From NCBI GenBank assembly GCA_964016885.1, contig OZ024743.1, positions 270,010,001 to 270,074,000 on the forward strand: a DNA stretch of 64,000 nt, read 5' to 3'. Shown in pieces: positions 1 through 13,600 of the stretch. Numbering within the stretch: position 1 is the first letter of the stretch; each line of letters begins with the position of its first letter. The notes beneath the pieces are model-generated. The model did no database searches. It was not told the origin of the DNA and worked only from the letters and a program-made list of their open reading frames with translations. This stretch comes from Eledone cirrhosa. Lineage: Eukaryota. The position numbers were made by a program, and so were the translations under genes.

Positions 1-2029
1 TGATGTTAGTGGTGTTGGTAGTAGTGTTTGAGGTGGTGTTGATGTTAGCGGTGTTGATAGTAGTGTTTGAGGTGGTGTTGATGTTAGTGGTATTGGTAGA
101 AGTGTTTGAGGTGGTGTTGGTATTAGCGGTGTTGGTAGTAGTGTTTGAGGTGGTGTTGATGTTAGCGGTGTTGGTAGTAGTGTTTGAGGTGGTGTTGATG
201 TTAGCGGTGTTGGTAGTAGTGTTTGACGTGGTGTTCATGTTAGTGGTATTGGGGTAGTGTTTGGAGTGGTGTTGATGTTAATGGTGTTGGTAGTAGTGTT
301 TGAGGTGGTGTTGATGTTAGTGGTGTTGGTAGTAGTGTTTGAGGTGGTGTTGACGTTAGTGGTGTTGGTAGTAGTGTTTGAGGTGGTGTTGATGTTAGTG
401 GTGTTGGCAGTAGTATTTGAGGTGGTGTTGATGTTAGTGGTGTTGGCGGTAGTGTTTGGGGTGGTGTTGATGTTAGTGGTGTTGGTAGTAGTGTTTGAGG
501 TGGTGTTGATGTTAGTGGTGTTGGTAGTAGTGTTTGGGGTGGTGTTGATGTTAGTGGTATTGGGGTAGTGTTTGGAGTGGTGTTGATGTTAGCGTTGTTG
601 GTAGTAGTGTTTGAGGTGGTGTTGATGTTAGTGGTGTTGGTAGTAGTGTTTGACGTGGTGTTGATGTTAGTGGGGTTGGGGGTAGTGTTTGAGGTGGTGT
701 TGATGTTAGTGGTGTTGGTAGTAGTGTTTGAGGTGGTGTTGATGTTAGTGGGGTTGGGGGTAGTGTTTGAGGTGCTGTTGATGTTAGTGGTGTTGGTAGT
801 AGTGTTTGAGGTGGTGTTGATGTTAGTGGTGTTGGTAGTAGTGTTTGAGGTGGTGTTGATGTTAGTGGTGTTGGTAGTAGTGTTTGAGGTGGTGTTGATG
901 TTAGTGGGGTTGGGGGTAGTGTTTGAGGTGGTGTTGATGTTAGCGGTGTTGGTAGTAGTGTTTGAGGTGGTGTTGATGTTAGTGGGGTTGGGGGTAGTGT
1001 TTGAGGTGGTGTTGATGTTAGCGGTGTTGGTAGTAGTGTTTGAGGTGCTGTTGATGTTAGTGGTGTTGGTAGTAGTGTTTGAGGTGGTGTTGATGTTAGC
1101 GGTGTTGGTAGTAGTGTTTGAGGTGGTGTTGATGTTAGTGGTGTTGGTAGTAGTGTTTGAGGTGGTGTTGATGTTAGTGGTGTTGGTAGTAGTGTTTGAG
1201 GAGGTGTTGATTTCAGTGGTGTTGGTAGTAGTGTTTGAGGTGGTGTTGATGTTAGTGGTGTTGGTAGTAGTGTTTGAGGTGGTGTTGATGTTAGCAGTGT
1301 TGGTAGTAGTGTTTGACGTGGTGTCGATGTTAGTGGTGTTGGTAGTAGTGTTTGAGGTGGTGTTGATGTTAGTGGTGTTGGTAGTAGGGTTTGAGGAGGT
1401 GTTGATGTTAGTGGTGTTGGTAGTAGTGTTTGAGGTGGTGTTGATGTTAGTGGTGTTGGTAGTAGTGTTTGAGGTGGTGTTGACGTTAGTGGTGTTGGTA
1501 GTAGTGTTTGAGGTGGTGTTGATGTTAGTGGTGTTGGTAGTAGTGTTTGAGGTGGTGTTGATGTTAGTGGAGTTGGGGGTAGTGTTTGAGGTGGTGTTGA
1601 TGTTAGTGGTGTTGGTAGTAGTGTTTGAGGTGGTGTTGATGTTAGTGGTGTTGGTAGTAGTGTTTGAGGTGGTGTTGGTAATAGTGTTTGAGGTTGTCTT
1701 GATATTAGCGGTGTTGGTAGTAGTGTTTGAGGTGGTGTTGATGTTAGCGGTGTTGGTAGTAGTGTTTGAGGTGGTGTTGATGTTAGTGGTGTTGGTAGTA
1801 GTGTTTGAGGTGGTGTTGATGTTAGTGGTGTTGGTAGTAGTATTTGAGGTGGTGTTGATGTTAGTGGTGTTGGTAGTAGTGTTTGAGGTGGTGTTGATGT
1901 TAGTGGTGTTGGTAGTAGTGTTTGAGGTGGTGTTGGTAGTAGTGTTTGAGGTGGTGTTGATGTTAGTGGTATTGGTAGTAGTGTTTGAGGTGGTGTTGAT
2001 GTTAGTGGTGTTGGTAGTAGTGTTTGCGG

Positions 2030-5000
2030 TGGTGTTGGTGTGAGAGGTGTTGGTAGTAGTGTTTGAGGTGGTGTTGATGTTAGTGGAGTTGGTAGTAGTG
2101 TTTGAGGTGGTGTTGATGTTAGTGGTGTTGGTAGTAGTGTTTGATGTGGTGTTGATGTTAGTGGTGTTGGTAGTAGTGTTTGATGTGGTGTTGATGTTAG
2201 TGGTGTTGGTAGTAGTGTTTGAGGTGGTGTTGATGTTAGTGGTGTTGGTAGTAGTGTTTGAGGAGGTGTTGATGTTAGTGGAGTTGGTAGTAGTGTTTGA
2301 GGTGGTGTTGATGTTAGTGGTGTTGGTAGTAGTGTTTGAGGTGGTGTTGGTGTTAGAGGTGTTGGTAGTAGTGTTTGAGGTGGTGTTGATGTTAGTGGTG
2401 TTGGCGGTAGTGTTTGGGGTGGTGTTGATGTTAGTGGTGTTGGTAGTAGTATTTGAGGTGGTGTTGATGTTAGTGGTGTTGGCGGTAGTGTTTGGGGTGG
2501 TGATGATGTTAGTGGTGTTGGTAGTAGTGTTTGAGGTTGTGTTGATGTTAGTGGTGTTGGCGGTAGTGTTTGGGGTGGTGTTTATGTTAGTGGTATTGGG
2601 GTAGTGTTTGAGGTGGTGTTGATGTTAGTGGTGTTGGTAGTAGTATTTGAGGTGGTGTTGATGTTAGTGGTGTTGGTAGTAGTGTTTGAGGTGGTGTTGC
2701 TGTTAGCGGTGTTGGTAGTAGTGTTTGACGTGGTGTTGATGTTAGTGGTATGGGGTAGTGTTTGGAGTGGTGTTGATGTTAATGGTGTTGGTAGTAGTGT
2801 TTGAGGTGGTGTTGATGTTAGTGGTGTTGGTAGTAGTGTTTGAGGAGGTGTTGATGTTAGTGGTGTTGGTAGTAGTGTTTGACGTGGTGTTGATGTTAGT
2901 GGTGTTGGTAGTAGTGTTTGACGTGGTGTTGATGTTATTGGTGTTGGTAGTAGTGTTTAAGGTGGTTTTGATGTTAGTGGTGTTGGTAGTAGTGTTTGAG
3001 GAGGTGTTGATGTTAGTGGTGTTGGTAGTAGTTTTTGACGTGGTGTTGATGTTAGTGGTGTTGGTAGTAGTGTTTGAGGAGGTGTTGATGTTAGTGGTGT
3101 TGGTAGTAGTGTTTGACGTGGTGTTGATGTTAGTGGTGTTGGTAGTAGTGTCTGAGGTTGTGTTGATGTTAGTGGTGTTGGTAGTAGTGTTTGAGGTGGT
3201 GTTGATGTTAGTGGTGTTGGTAGTAGTGTTTGAGGTGGTGTTGATGTTAATGGTGTTGGTAGTAGTGTTTGAGGTGGTGTTGACGTTAGTGGTGTTGGTA
3301 GTAGTGTTTGAGGTGGTGTTGATGTTAGTGGTGTTGGTAGTAGTGTTTGACGTGGTGTTGATGTTAGTGGTGTTGGTAGTAGTGTTTGAGGTTGTGTTGA
3401 TGTTAGTGGTGTTGGTAGTAGTGTTTGAGGTGGTGTTGATGTTAGTGGTGTTGGTAGTAGTGTTTGAGGAGGTGTTGATGTTAGTGGTGTTGGTAGTAGT
3501 GTTTGAGGTGGTGTTGATGTTAGTGGTGTTGGTAGTAGTGTTTGAGGAGGTGTTGATGTTAGTGGTGTTGGTAGTAGTGTTTGAGGTGGTGTTGATGTTA
3601 GTGGTGTTGGTAGTAGTGTTTGAGGTGGTGTTGACGTTAGTGGTGTTGGTAGTAGTGTTTGAGGTGGTGTTGATGTTAGTGGTGTTGGTAGTAGTGTTTG
3701 AGGTGGTGTTGATGTTAGTGGAGTTGGGGGTAGTGTTTGAGGTGGTGTTGATGTTAGTGGTGTTGGTAGTAGTGTTTGAGGTGGTGTTGATGTTAGTGGT
3801 GTTGGTAGTAGTGTTTGAGGTGGTGTTGGTAATAGTGTTTGAGGTTGTGTTGATATTAGCGGTGTTGGTAGTAGTGTTTGAGGTGGTGTTGATGTTAGCG
3901 GTGTTGGTAGTAGTGTTTGAGGTGGTGTTGATGTTAGTGGTGTTGGTAGTAGTGTTTGAGGTGGTGTTGATGTTAGTGGTGTTGGTAGTAGTATTTGAGG
4001 TGGTGGTGATGTTAGTGGTGTTGGCGGTAGTGTTTGTGGTGGTGTTGATGTTAGTGGTGTTGGTAGTAGTGTTTGAGGTGGTTTTGATGTTAGTGGTGTT
4101 GGCGGTAGTGTTTGGGGTGGTGTTGATGTTAGTGGTGTTGGTAGTAGTGTTTGAGGTGGTGTTGATGTTAGTGGTGTTGGTAGTAGTGTTTGAGGTGGTG
4201 TTGATGTTAGTGGTGTTGGTAGTAGTGTTTGAGGTGGTGTTGGTAGTAGTGTTTGAGGTGGTGTTGATGTTAGTGGTATTGGTAGTAGTGTTTGAGGTGG
4301 TGTTGATGTTAGTGGTGTTGGTAGTAGTGTTTGCGGTGGTGTTGGTGTGAGAGGTGTTGGTAGTAGTGTTTGAGGTGGTGTTGATGTTAGTGGAGTTGGT
4401 AGTAGTGTTTGAGGTGGTGTTGATGTTAGTGGTGTTGGTAGTAGTGTTTGATGTGGTGTTGATGTTAGTGGTGTTGGTAGTAGTGTTTGATGTGGTGTTG
4501 ATGTTAGTGGTGTTGGTAGTAGTGTTTGAGGTGGTGTTGATGTTAGTGGTGTTGGTAGTAGTGTTTGAGGAGGTGTTGATGTAAGTGGTGTTGGTAGTAG
4601 TGTTTGAGGAGGTGTTGATGTTAGTGGTGTTGGTAGTAGTGTTTGAGGTGGTGTTGGTGTTAGAGGTGTTGGTAGTAGTGTTTGAGGTGGTGTTGATGTT
4701 AGTGGTGTTGGCGGTAGTGTTTGGGGTGGTGTTGATGTTAGTGGTGTTGGTAGTAGTATTTGAGGTGGTGTTGATGTTAGTGGTGTTGGCGGTAGTGTTT
4801 GGGGTGGTGTTTATGTTAGTGGTATTGGGGTAGTGTTTGAGGTGGTGTTGATGTTAGTGGTGTTGGTAGTAGTATTTGAGGTGGTGTTGATGTTAGCGGT
4901 GTTGGTAGTAGTGTTTGACGTGGTGTTGATGTTAGTGGTATGGGGTAGTGTTTGGAGTGGTGTTGATGTTAATGGTGTTGGTAGTAGTGTTTGAGGTGGT

Positions 5001-8000
5001 GTTGAAGTTAGTGGTGTTGGTAGTAGTGTTTGAGGAGGTGTTGATGTTAGTGGTGTTGGTAGTAGTGTTTGACGTGGTGTTGATGTTAGTGGTGTTGGTA
5101 GTAGTGTTTGACGTGGTGTTGATGTTATTGGTGTTGGTAGTAGTGTTTAAGGTGGTTTTGATGTTAGTGGTGTTGATAGTAGTGTTTGAGGAGGTGTTGA
5201 TGTTAGTGGTGTTGGTAGTAGTTTTTGACGTGGTGTTGATGTTAGTGGTGTTGGTAGTAGTGTTTGAGGAGGTGTTGATGTTAGTGGTGTTGGTAGTAGT
5301 GTTTGACGTGGTGTTGATGTTAGTGGTGTTGGTAGTAGTGTCTGAGGTTGTGTTGATGTTAGTGGTGTTGGTAGTAGTGTTTGAGGTGGTGTTGATGTTA
5401 GTGGTGTTGGTAGTAGTGTTTGAGGTGGTGTTGGTAATAGTGTTTGAGGTTGTGTTGATATTAGCGGTGTTGGTAGTAGTGTTTGAGGTGGTGTTGATGT
5501 TAGCGGTGTTGGTAGTAGTGTTTGAGGTGGTGTTGATGTTAGTGGTGTTGGTAGTAGTGTTTGAGGTGGTGTTGATGTTAGTGGTGTTGGTAGTAGTATT
5601 TGAGGTGGTGGTGATGTTAGTGGTGTTGGCGGTAGTGTTTGTGGTGGTGTTGATGTTAGTGGTGTTGGTAGTAGTGTTTGAGGTGGTTTTGATGTTAGTG
5701 GTGTTGGCGGTAGTGTTTGGGGTGGTGTTGATGTTAGTGGTGTTGGTAGTAGTGTTTGAGGTGGTGTTGATGTTAGTGGTGTTGGTAGTAGTGTTTGAGG
5801 TGTTGTTGATGTTAGTGGTGTTGGTAGTAGTGTTTGAGGTGGTGTTGGTAGTAGTGTTTGAGGTGGTGTTGATGTTAGTGGTATTGGTAGTAGTGTTTGA
5901 GGTGGTGTTGATGTTAGTGGTGTTGGTAGTAGTGTTTGCGGTGGTGTTGGTGTGAGAGGTGTTGGTAGTAGTGTTTGAGGTGGTGTTGATGTTAGTGGAG
6001 TTGGTAGTAGTGTTTGAGGTGGTGTTGATGTTAGTGGTGTTGGTAGTAGTGTTTGATGTGGTGTTGATGTTAGTGGTGTTGGTAGTAGTGTTTGATGTGG
6101 TGTTGATGTTAGTGGTGTTGGTAGTAGTGTTTGAGGTGGTGTTGATGTTAGTGGTGTTGGTAGTAGTGTTTGAGGAGGTGTTGATGTTAGTGGTGTTGGT
6201 AGTAGTGTTTGAGGAGGTGTTGATGTTAGTGGTGTTGGTAGTAGTGTTTGAGGTGGTGTTGGTGTTAGAGGTGTTGGTAGTAGTGTTTGAGGTGGTGTTG
6301 ATGTTAGTGGTGTTGGCGGTAGTGTTTGGGGTGGTGTTGATGTTAGTGGTGTTGGTAGTAGTATTTGAGGTGGTGTTGATGTTAGTGGTGTTGGCGGTAG
6401 TGTTTGGGGTGGTGATGATGTTAGTGGTGTTGGTAGTAGTGTTTGAGGTTGTGTTGATGTTAGTGGTGTTGGCGGTAGTGTTTGGGGTGGTGTTTATGTT
6501 AGTGGTATTGGGGTAGTGTTTGAGGTGGTGTTGATGTTAGTGGTGTTGGTAGTAGTATTTGAGGTGGTGTTGATGTTAGCGGTGTTGGTAGTAGTGTTTG
6601 ACGTGGTGTTGATGTTAGTGGTATGGGGTAGTGTTTGGAGTGGTGTTGATGTTAATGGTGTTGGTAGTAGTGTTTGAGGTGGTGTTGATGTTAGTGGTGT
6701 TGGTAGTAGTGTTTGAGTAGGTGTTGATGTTAGTGGTGTTGGTAGTAGTGTTTGACGTGGTGTTGATGTTAGTGGTGTTGGTAGTAGTGTTTGACGTGGT
6801 GTTGATGTTATTGGTGTTGGTAGTAGTGTTTAAGGTGGTTTTGATGTTAGTGGTGTTGATAGTAGTGTTTGAGGAGGTGTTGATGTTAGTGGTGTTGGTA
6901 GTAGTTTTTGACGTGGTGTTGATGTTAGTGGTGTTGGTAGTAGTGTTTGAGGAGGTGTTGATGTTAGTGGTGTTGGTAGTAGTGTTTGACGTGGTGTTGA
7001 TGTTAGTGGTGTTGGTAGTAGTGTTTGAGGTGGTGTTGATGTTAGTGGTGTTGGTAGTAGTGTCTGAGGTTGTGTTGATGTTAGTGGTGTTGGTAGTAGT
7101 GTTTGAGGTGGTGTTGATGTTAGTGGTGTTGGTAGTAGTGTTTGAGGTGGTGTTGATGTTAATGGTGTTGGTAGTAGTGTTTGAGGTGGTGTTGACGTTA
7201 GTAGTGTTGGTAGTAGTGTTTGAGGTGGTGTTGATGTTAGTGGTGTTGGTAGTAGTGTTTGAGGTGGTGTTGATGTTAGTGGTGTTGGTAGTAGTGTCTG
7301 AGGTTGTGTTGATGTTAGTGGTGTTGGTAGTAGTGTTTGAGGTGGTGTTGATGTTAGTGGTGTTGGTAGTAGTGTTTGAGGTGGTGTTGATGTTAATGGT
7401 GTTGGTAGTAGTGTTTGAGGTGGTGTTGACGTTAGTAGTGTTGGTAGTAGTGTTTGAGGTGGTGTTGATGTTAGTGGTGTTGGTAGTAGTGTTTGACGTG
7501 GTGTTGATGTTAGTGGTGTTGGTAGTAGTGTTTGAGGTTGTGTTGATGTTAGTGGTGTTGGTAGTAGTGTTTGAGGTGGTGTTGATGTTAGTGGTGTTGG
7601 TAGTAGTGTTTGAGGTGGTGTTGATGTTAGTGGTGTTGGTAGTAGTGTTTGAGGTGGTGTTGATGTTAGTGGTGTTGGTAGTAGTGTTTGAGGTGGTGTT
7701 GATGTTAGTGGTGTTGGTAGTAGTGTTTGAGGTGGTGTTGATGTTAGTGGTGTTGGTAGTAGTGTTTGAGGTGGTGTTGACGTTAGTGGTGTTGGTAGTA
7801 GTGCTTGAGGTGGTGTTGATGTTAGTGGTGTTGGTAGTAGTTTTTGGGGTGGTGTTGATGTTAGTGGTGTTGGCAGTAGTGTTTGGGGTGGTGTTGATGT
7901 TAGTGGTGTTGGTAGTAGTATTTGAGGTGGTGTTGATGTTAGTGGTGTTGGTAGTAGTGTTTGAGGTGGTGTTGACGTTAGTGGTGTTGGTAGTAGTGTT

Positions 8001-10600
8001 TGAGGTGGTGTTGATGTTAGTGGTGTTGGTAGTAGTGTTTGAGGTGGTGTTGACGTTAGTGGTGTTGGTAGTAGTGTTTGAGGTGGTGTTGATGTTAGTG
8101 GTGTTGGTAGTAGTGTTTGAGGTGGTGTTGACGTTAGTGGTGTTGGTAGTAGTGTTTGAGGTGGTGTTGATGTTAGTGGTGTTGGTAGTAGTGTTTGAGG
8201 TGGTGTTGATGTTAGTGGTGTTGGTAGTAGTGTTTGAGGTGGTGTTGATGTTAGTGGTGTTGGTAGTAGTGTTTGAGGTGGTGTTGACGTTAGTGGTGTT
8301 GGTAGTAGTGTTTGAGGTGGTGTTGATGTTAGTGGTGTTGGTAGTAGTGTTTGAGGTGGTGTTGATGTTAGTGGTGTTGGTAGTAGTGTTTGACGTGGTG
8401 TTGATGTTAGTGGTGTTGGTAATAGTGTTTGAGGTGGTGTTGATGTTAGTGGTGTTGGTAGTAGTATTTGAGGTGGTGTTGATGTTAGTGGTGTTGGCGG
8501 TAGTGTTTGGGGTGGTGTTGATGTTAGTGGTGTTGGTAGTAGTGTTTGGGGTGGTGTTGATGTTAGTGGTATTGGGGTAGTGTTTGGAGTGGTGTTGATG
8601 TTAGTGGGGTTGGGGGTAGTGTTTGAGGTGGTGTTGATGTTAGTGGTGTTGGTAGTAGTGTTTGAGGTGGTGTTGGTGTTAGTGGTGTTGGTAGTAGTGT
8701 TTGAGGTGGTGTTGATGTTAGTGGTGTTGGTAGTAGTGTTTGAGGTGGTGTTGATGTTAGCGGTGTTGGTAGTAGTGTTTGTGGTGGTGTTGATGTTAGT
8801 GGTGTTGGTAGTAGTATTTGAGGTGGTGTTGATGTTAGTGGTGTTGGCGGTAGTGTTTGGGGTGGTGTTGATGTTAGTGGTGTTGGTAGTAGTGTTTGGG
8901 GTGGTGTTGATGTTAGTGGTATTGGGGTAGTGTTTGGAGTGGTGTTGATGTTAGTGGGGTTGGGGGTAGTGTTTGAGGTGGTGTTGATGTTAGTGGTGTT
9001 GGTAGTAGTGTTTGAGGTGGTGTTGGTGTTAGTGGTGTTGGTAGTAGTGTTTGAGGTGGTGTTGATGTTAGTGGTGTTGGCGGTAGTGTTTGGGGTGGTG
9101 TTGATGTTAGTGGTGTTGGTAGTAGTGTTTGAGGTGGTGTTGATGTTAGTGGTATTGGTAGTAGTGTTTGAGGTGGTGTTGATGTTAGTGGTGTTGGTAG
9201 TAGTATTTGAGGTGGTGTTGATGTTAGTGGTGTTGGCGGTAGTGTTTGGGGTGGTGTTGATGTTAGTGGTGTTGGTAGTAGTGTTTGGGGTGGTGTTGAT
9301 GTTAGTGGTATTGGGGTAGTGTTTGGAGTGGTGTTGATGTTAGTGGGGTTGGGGGTAGTGTTTGAGGTGGTGTTGATGTTAGTGGTGTTGGTAGTAGTGT
9401 TTGAGGTGGTGTTGGTGTTAGTGGTGTTGGTAGTAGTGTTTGAGGTGGTGTTGATGTTAGTGGTGTTGGTAGTAGTGTTTGAGGTGGTGTTGATGTTAGC
9501 GGTGTTGGTAGTAGTGTTTGTGGTGGTGTTGATGTTAGCGGTGTTGGTAGTAGTGTTTGAGGTGGTGATGATGTTATTGGTGTTGGTAGTAGTGTTTGAG
9601 GTGGTGTTGATGTTAGTGGTGTTGGTAGTAGTGTTTGAGGTGGTGTTGATGTTAGCGGTGTTGGTAGTAGTGTTTGAGGTGGTGTTGATGTTAGCGGTGT
9701 TGGTAGTAGTGTTTCAGGAGGTGTTGATGTTAGTGGTGTTGGTAGTAGTGTTTGAGGTGGTGTTGGTGTTAGAGGTGTTGGTAGTAGTGTTTGAGGTGGT
9801 GTTGATGTTAGTGGTGTTGGCGGTAGTGTTTGGGGTGGTGTTGATGTTAGTGGTGTTGGTAGTAGTATTTGAGGTGGTGTTGATGTTAGTGGTGTTGGCG
9901 GTAGTGTTTGGGGTGGTGATGATGTTAGTGGTGTTGGTAGTAGTGTTTGAGGTTGTGTTGATGTTAGTGGTGTTGGCGGTAGTGTTTGGGGTGGTGTTTA
10001 TGTTAGTGGTATTGGGGTAGTGTTTGAGGTGGTGTTGATGTTAGTGGTGTTGGTAGTAGTATTTGAGGTGGTGTTGATGTTAGTGGTGTTGGTAGTAGTG
10101 TTTGAGGTGGTGTTGCTGTTAGCGGTGTTGGTAGTAGTGTTTGACGTGGTGTTGATGTTAGTGGTATGGGGTAGTGTTTGGAGTGGTGTTGATGTTAATG
10201 GTGTTGGTAGTAGTGTTTGAGGTGGTGTTGATGTTAGTGGTGTTGGTAGTAGTGTTTGAGGAGGTGTTGATGTTAGTGGTGTTGGTAGTAGTGTTTGACG
10301 TGGTGTTGATGTTAGTGGTGTTGGTAGTAGTGTTTGACGTGGTGTTGATGTTATTGGTGTTGGTAGTAGTGTTTAAGGTGGTTTTGATGTTAGTGGTGTT
10401 GGTAGTAGTGTTTGAGGAGGTGTTGATGTTAGTGGTGTTGGTAGTAGTTTTTGACGTGGTGTTGATGTTAGTGGTGTTGGTAGTAGTGTTTGAGGAGGTG
10501 TTGATGTTAGTGGTGTTGGTAGTAGTGTTTGACGTGGTGTTGATGTTAGTGGTGTTGGTAGTAGTGTCTGAGGTTGTGTTGATGTTAGTGGTGTTGGTAG
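2030..10600. repeat. Left domain with four dispersed copies of one variant cassette
   Basis: The same ordered markers (gtatggggtag, ttattggtg, tttaaggtggtttt, gtttttgacg, tctgaggttgtg) start at about 2748, 4938, 6622 and 10164. The marker gtgtgagagg occurs at about 2040, 4347 and 5952. Confidence 0.9.
8440..9540. repeat. Short local higher-order repeat of 9-10 monomers, three copies
   Basis: A 38-bp unit followed by tttggagt...gtggggttggggg...ttggtgttag recurs at 8580, 8930 and 9319. The spacings are 350 (9x39-1) and 389 (10x39-1). Confidence 0.85.
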
Positions 10601-13600
10601 TAGTGTTTGAGGTGGTGTTGATATTAGTGGTGTTGGTAGTAGTGTTTGAGGTGGTGTTGATGTTAGTGGTGTTGGTAGTAGTGTTTGAGGTGGTGTTGAC
10701 GTTAGTGGTGTTGGTAGTAGTGTTTGAGGTGGTGTTGATGTTAGTGGTGTTGGTAGTAGTGTTTGACGTGGTGTTGATGTTAGTGGTGTTGGTAGTAGTG
10801 TTTGAGGTTGTGTTGATGTTAGTGGTGTTGGTAGTAGTGTTTGAGGTGGTGTTGATGTTAGTGGTGTTGGTAGTAGTGTTTGAGGTGGTGTTGATGTTAG
10901 TGGTGTTGGTAGTAGTGTTTGAGGTGGTGTTGATGTTAGTGGTGTTGGTAGTAGTGTTTGAGGTGGTGTTGATGTTAGTGGTGTTGGTAGTAGTGTTTGA
11001 GGTGGTGTTGATGTTAGTGGTGTTGGTAGTAGTGTTTGAGGTGGTGTTGATGTTAGTGGTATTGGTAGTAGTGTTTGAGGTGGTGTTGATGTTAGTGGTG
11101 TTGGTAGTAGTGTTTGAGGTGGTGTTGATGTTAGTGGTGTTGGTAGTAGTGTTTGAGGTGCTGTTGACGTTAGTGGTGTTGGTAGTAGTGTTTGAAGTGG
11201 TGTTGATGTTAGCGGTGTTGGTAGTAGTGTTTGAGGTGGTGTTGATGTTACTGGTGTTGGTAGTAGTGTTTGAGGTTGTGTTGATGTTAGTGGTGTTGGT
11301 AGTAGTGTTTGAGGTGGTGTTGACGTTTGTGGTGTTGGTAGTAGTGTTTGAGGTAGTGTTGATGTTAGCGGTGTTGGTAGTAGTGTTTGACGTGGTGTTG
11401 ATGTTAGTGGTGTTGGTAGTAGTGTTTGAGGTGGTGTTGATGTTAGTGGTGTTGGTAGTAGTGTTTGAGGTGGTGTTGATGTTAGTGGTGTTCGTAGTAG
11501 TGTTTGACGTGGTGTTGATGTTAGTGGTGTTGGTAGTAGTGTATGAGGTGGTGTTGATGTTAGTGGTGTTGGTAGTAGTGTTTGAGGTGGTGTTGACGTT
11601 AGTGGTGTTGGTAGTAGTGTTTGAGGTGGTGTTGATGTTAGCGGTGTTGGTAGTAGTGTTTGAGGTGGTATTGATGTTAGCGGTGTTGGTAGTAGTGTTT
11701 GAGGTCGTGTTGATGTTAGTGGTGTTGGTAGTAGTGTTTGAGGTGGTGTTAATGTTAGTGGTGTTGGTAGTATTGTTTGAGGTGCTGTTGATGTTAGTGG
11801 TGTTGGTAGTAGTGTTTGTGGTGGTGTTGATGTTAGCGGTGTTGGTAGTAGTGTTTGCGGTGCTGTTGATGTTAGTGGTATTGGTAGTAGTGTTTGAGGT
11901 GGTGTTGATGTTAGCGGTGTTGGTAGTAGTGTTTGACGTGGTGTTGATGTTAGTGGTATTGGGGTAGTGTTTGGAGTGGTGTTGATGTTAATGGTGTTGG
12001 TAGTAGTGTTTGAGGTGGTGTTGATGTTAGTGGTGTTGGTAGTAGTGTTTGAGGAGGTGTTGATGTTAGTGGTGTTGGTAGTAGTGTTTGAGGTGGTGTT
12101 GATGTTAGTGGTGTTGGTAGTAGTGTTTGAGTTGGTGTTGATGTTAGTGGTGTTGGTAGTAGTGTTTGAGGTGGTGTTGACGTTAGTGGTGTTGGTAGTA
12201 GTGCTTGAGGTGGTGTTGATGTTAGTGGTGTTGGTAGTAGTGTTTGAGGTGGTGTTGATGTTAGTGGTGTTGGTAGTAGTGTTTGAGGTGGTGTTGACGT
12301 TAGTGGTGTTGGTAGTAGTGTTTGAGGTGGTGTTGGTGTTAGTGGTGTTGGTAGTAGTGTTTGAGGAGGTGTTGATGTTAGTGGTGTTGGTAGTAGTGTT
12401 TGAGGTGGTGTTGATGTTAGTGGTGTTGGTAGTAGTGTTTGAGGTGGTGTTGATGTTAGTGGTGTTGGTAGTAGTGTTTGAGGTGGTGTTGACGTTAGTG
12501 GTGTTGGTAGTAGTGTTTGAGGTGGTGTTGATGTTAGTGGTGTTGGTAGTAGTGTTTGAGGTGGTGTTGATGTTAGTGGTGTTGGTAGTAGTGTTTGAGG
12601 TGGTGTTGATGTTAGTGGTGTTGGTAGTAGTGTTTGAGGTGGTGTTGACGTTAGTGGTGTTGGTAGTAGTGTCTGAGGTGGTGTTGATGTTAGTGGTGTT
12701 GGTAGTAGTGTTTGAGGTGGTGTTGATGTTAGTGGTGTTGGTAGTAGTGTTTGAGGTGGTGTTGATGTTAGTGGTGTTGGTAGTAGTGTTTGACGTGGTG
12801 TTGATGTTAGTGGTGTTGGTAGTAGTGTTTGAGGTGGTATTGATGTTAGTGGTATTGGTAGTAGTGTTTGAGGTGGTGTTGATGTTAGTGGTGTTGGTAG
12901 TAGTATTTGAGGTGGTGTTGATGTTAGTGGTGTTGGCGGTAGTGTTTGGGGTGGTGTTGATGTTAGTGGTGTTGGTAGTAGTGTTTGGGGTGGTGTTGAT
13001 GTTAGTGGTATTGGGGTAGTGTTTGGAGTGGTGTTGATGTTAGTGGGGTTGGGGGTAGTGTTTGAGGTGGTGTTGATGTTAGTGGTGTTGTTAGTAGTGT
13101 TTGAGGTGGTGCTGGTGTTAGTGGTGTTGGTAGTAGTGTTTGAGGTGGTGTTGATGTTAGTGGTGTTGGTAGTAGTGTTTGAGGTGGTGTTGATGTTAGC
13201 GGTGTTGGTAGTAGTGTTTGAGGTGGTGTTGATGTTAGCGGTGTTGGTAGTAGTGTTTGAGGTGGTGATGATGTTAGTGGTACTGGTAGTAATGTTTGAG
13301 GTGGTGTTGATGTTAGTGATGTTGGTAGTAGTGTTTGAGGTGGTGTTGATGTTAGTGGTGTTGGTAGTAGTGTTTGAGGTGGTGTTGATGTTAGTGGTGT
13401 TGGTAGTAGTGTTTGAGGTGGTGTTGATGTTAGTGGTGTTGGTAGTAGTGTTTGAGGTGGTGTTGATGTTAGTGGTATTGGGGTAGTGTTTGGAGTGGTG
13501 TTGATGTTAATGGTGTTGGTAGTAGTGTTAGAGGTGGTGTTGATGTTAGTGGTGTTGGTAGTAGTGTTTGGGGAGGTGTTGATGTTAGTGGTGTTGGTAG

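Noticed and set aside
1198-1215. Shine-Dalgarno-like GAGGAGGT/GAGGTG ahead of ATG/GTG, and overlapping TAGTG stop-starts resembling translational coupling
   Set aside because: These are intrinsic to the monomer and the 38-bp variant and recur throughout the array, with no real genes downstream.
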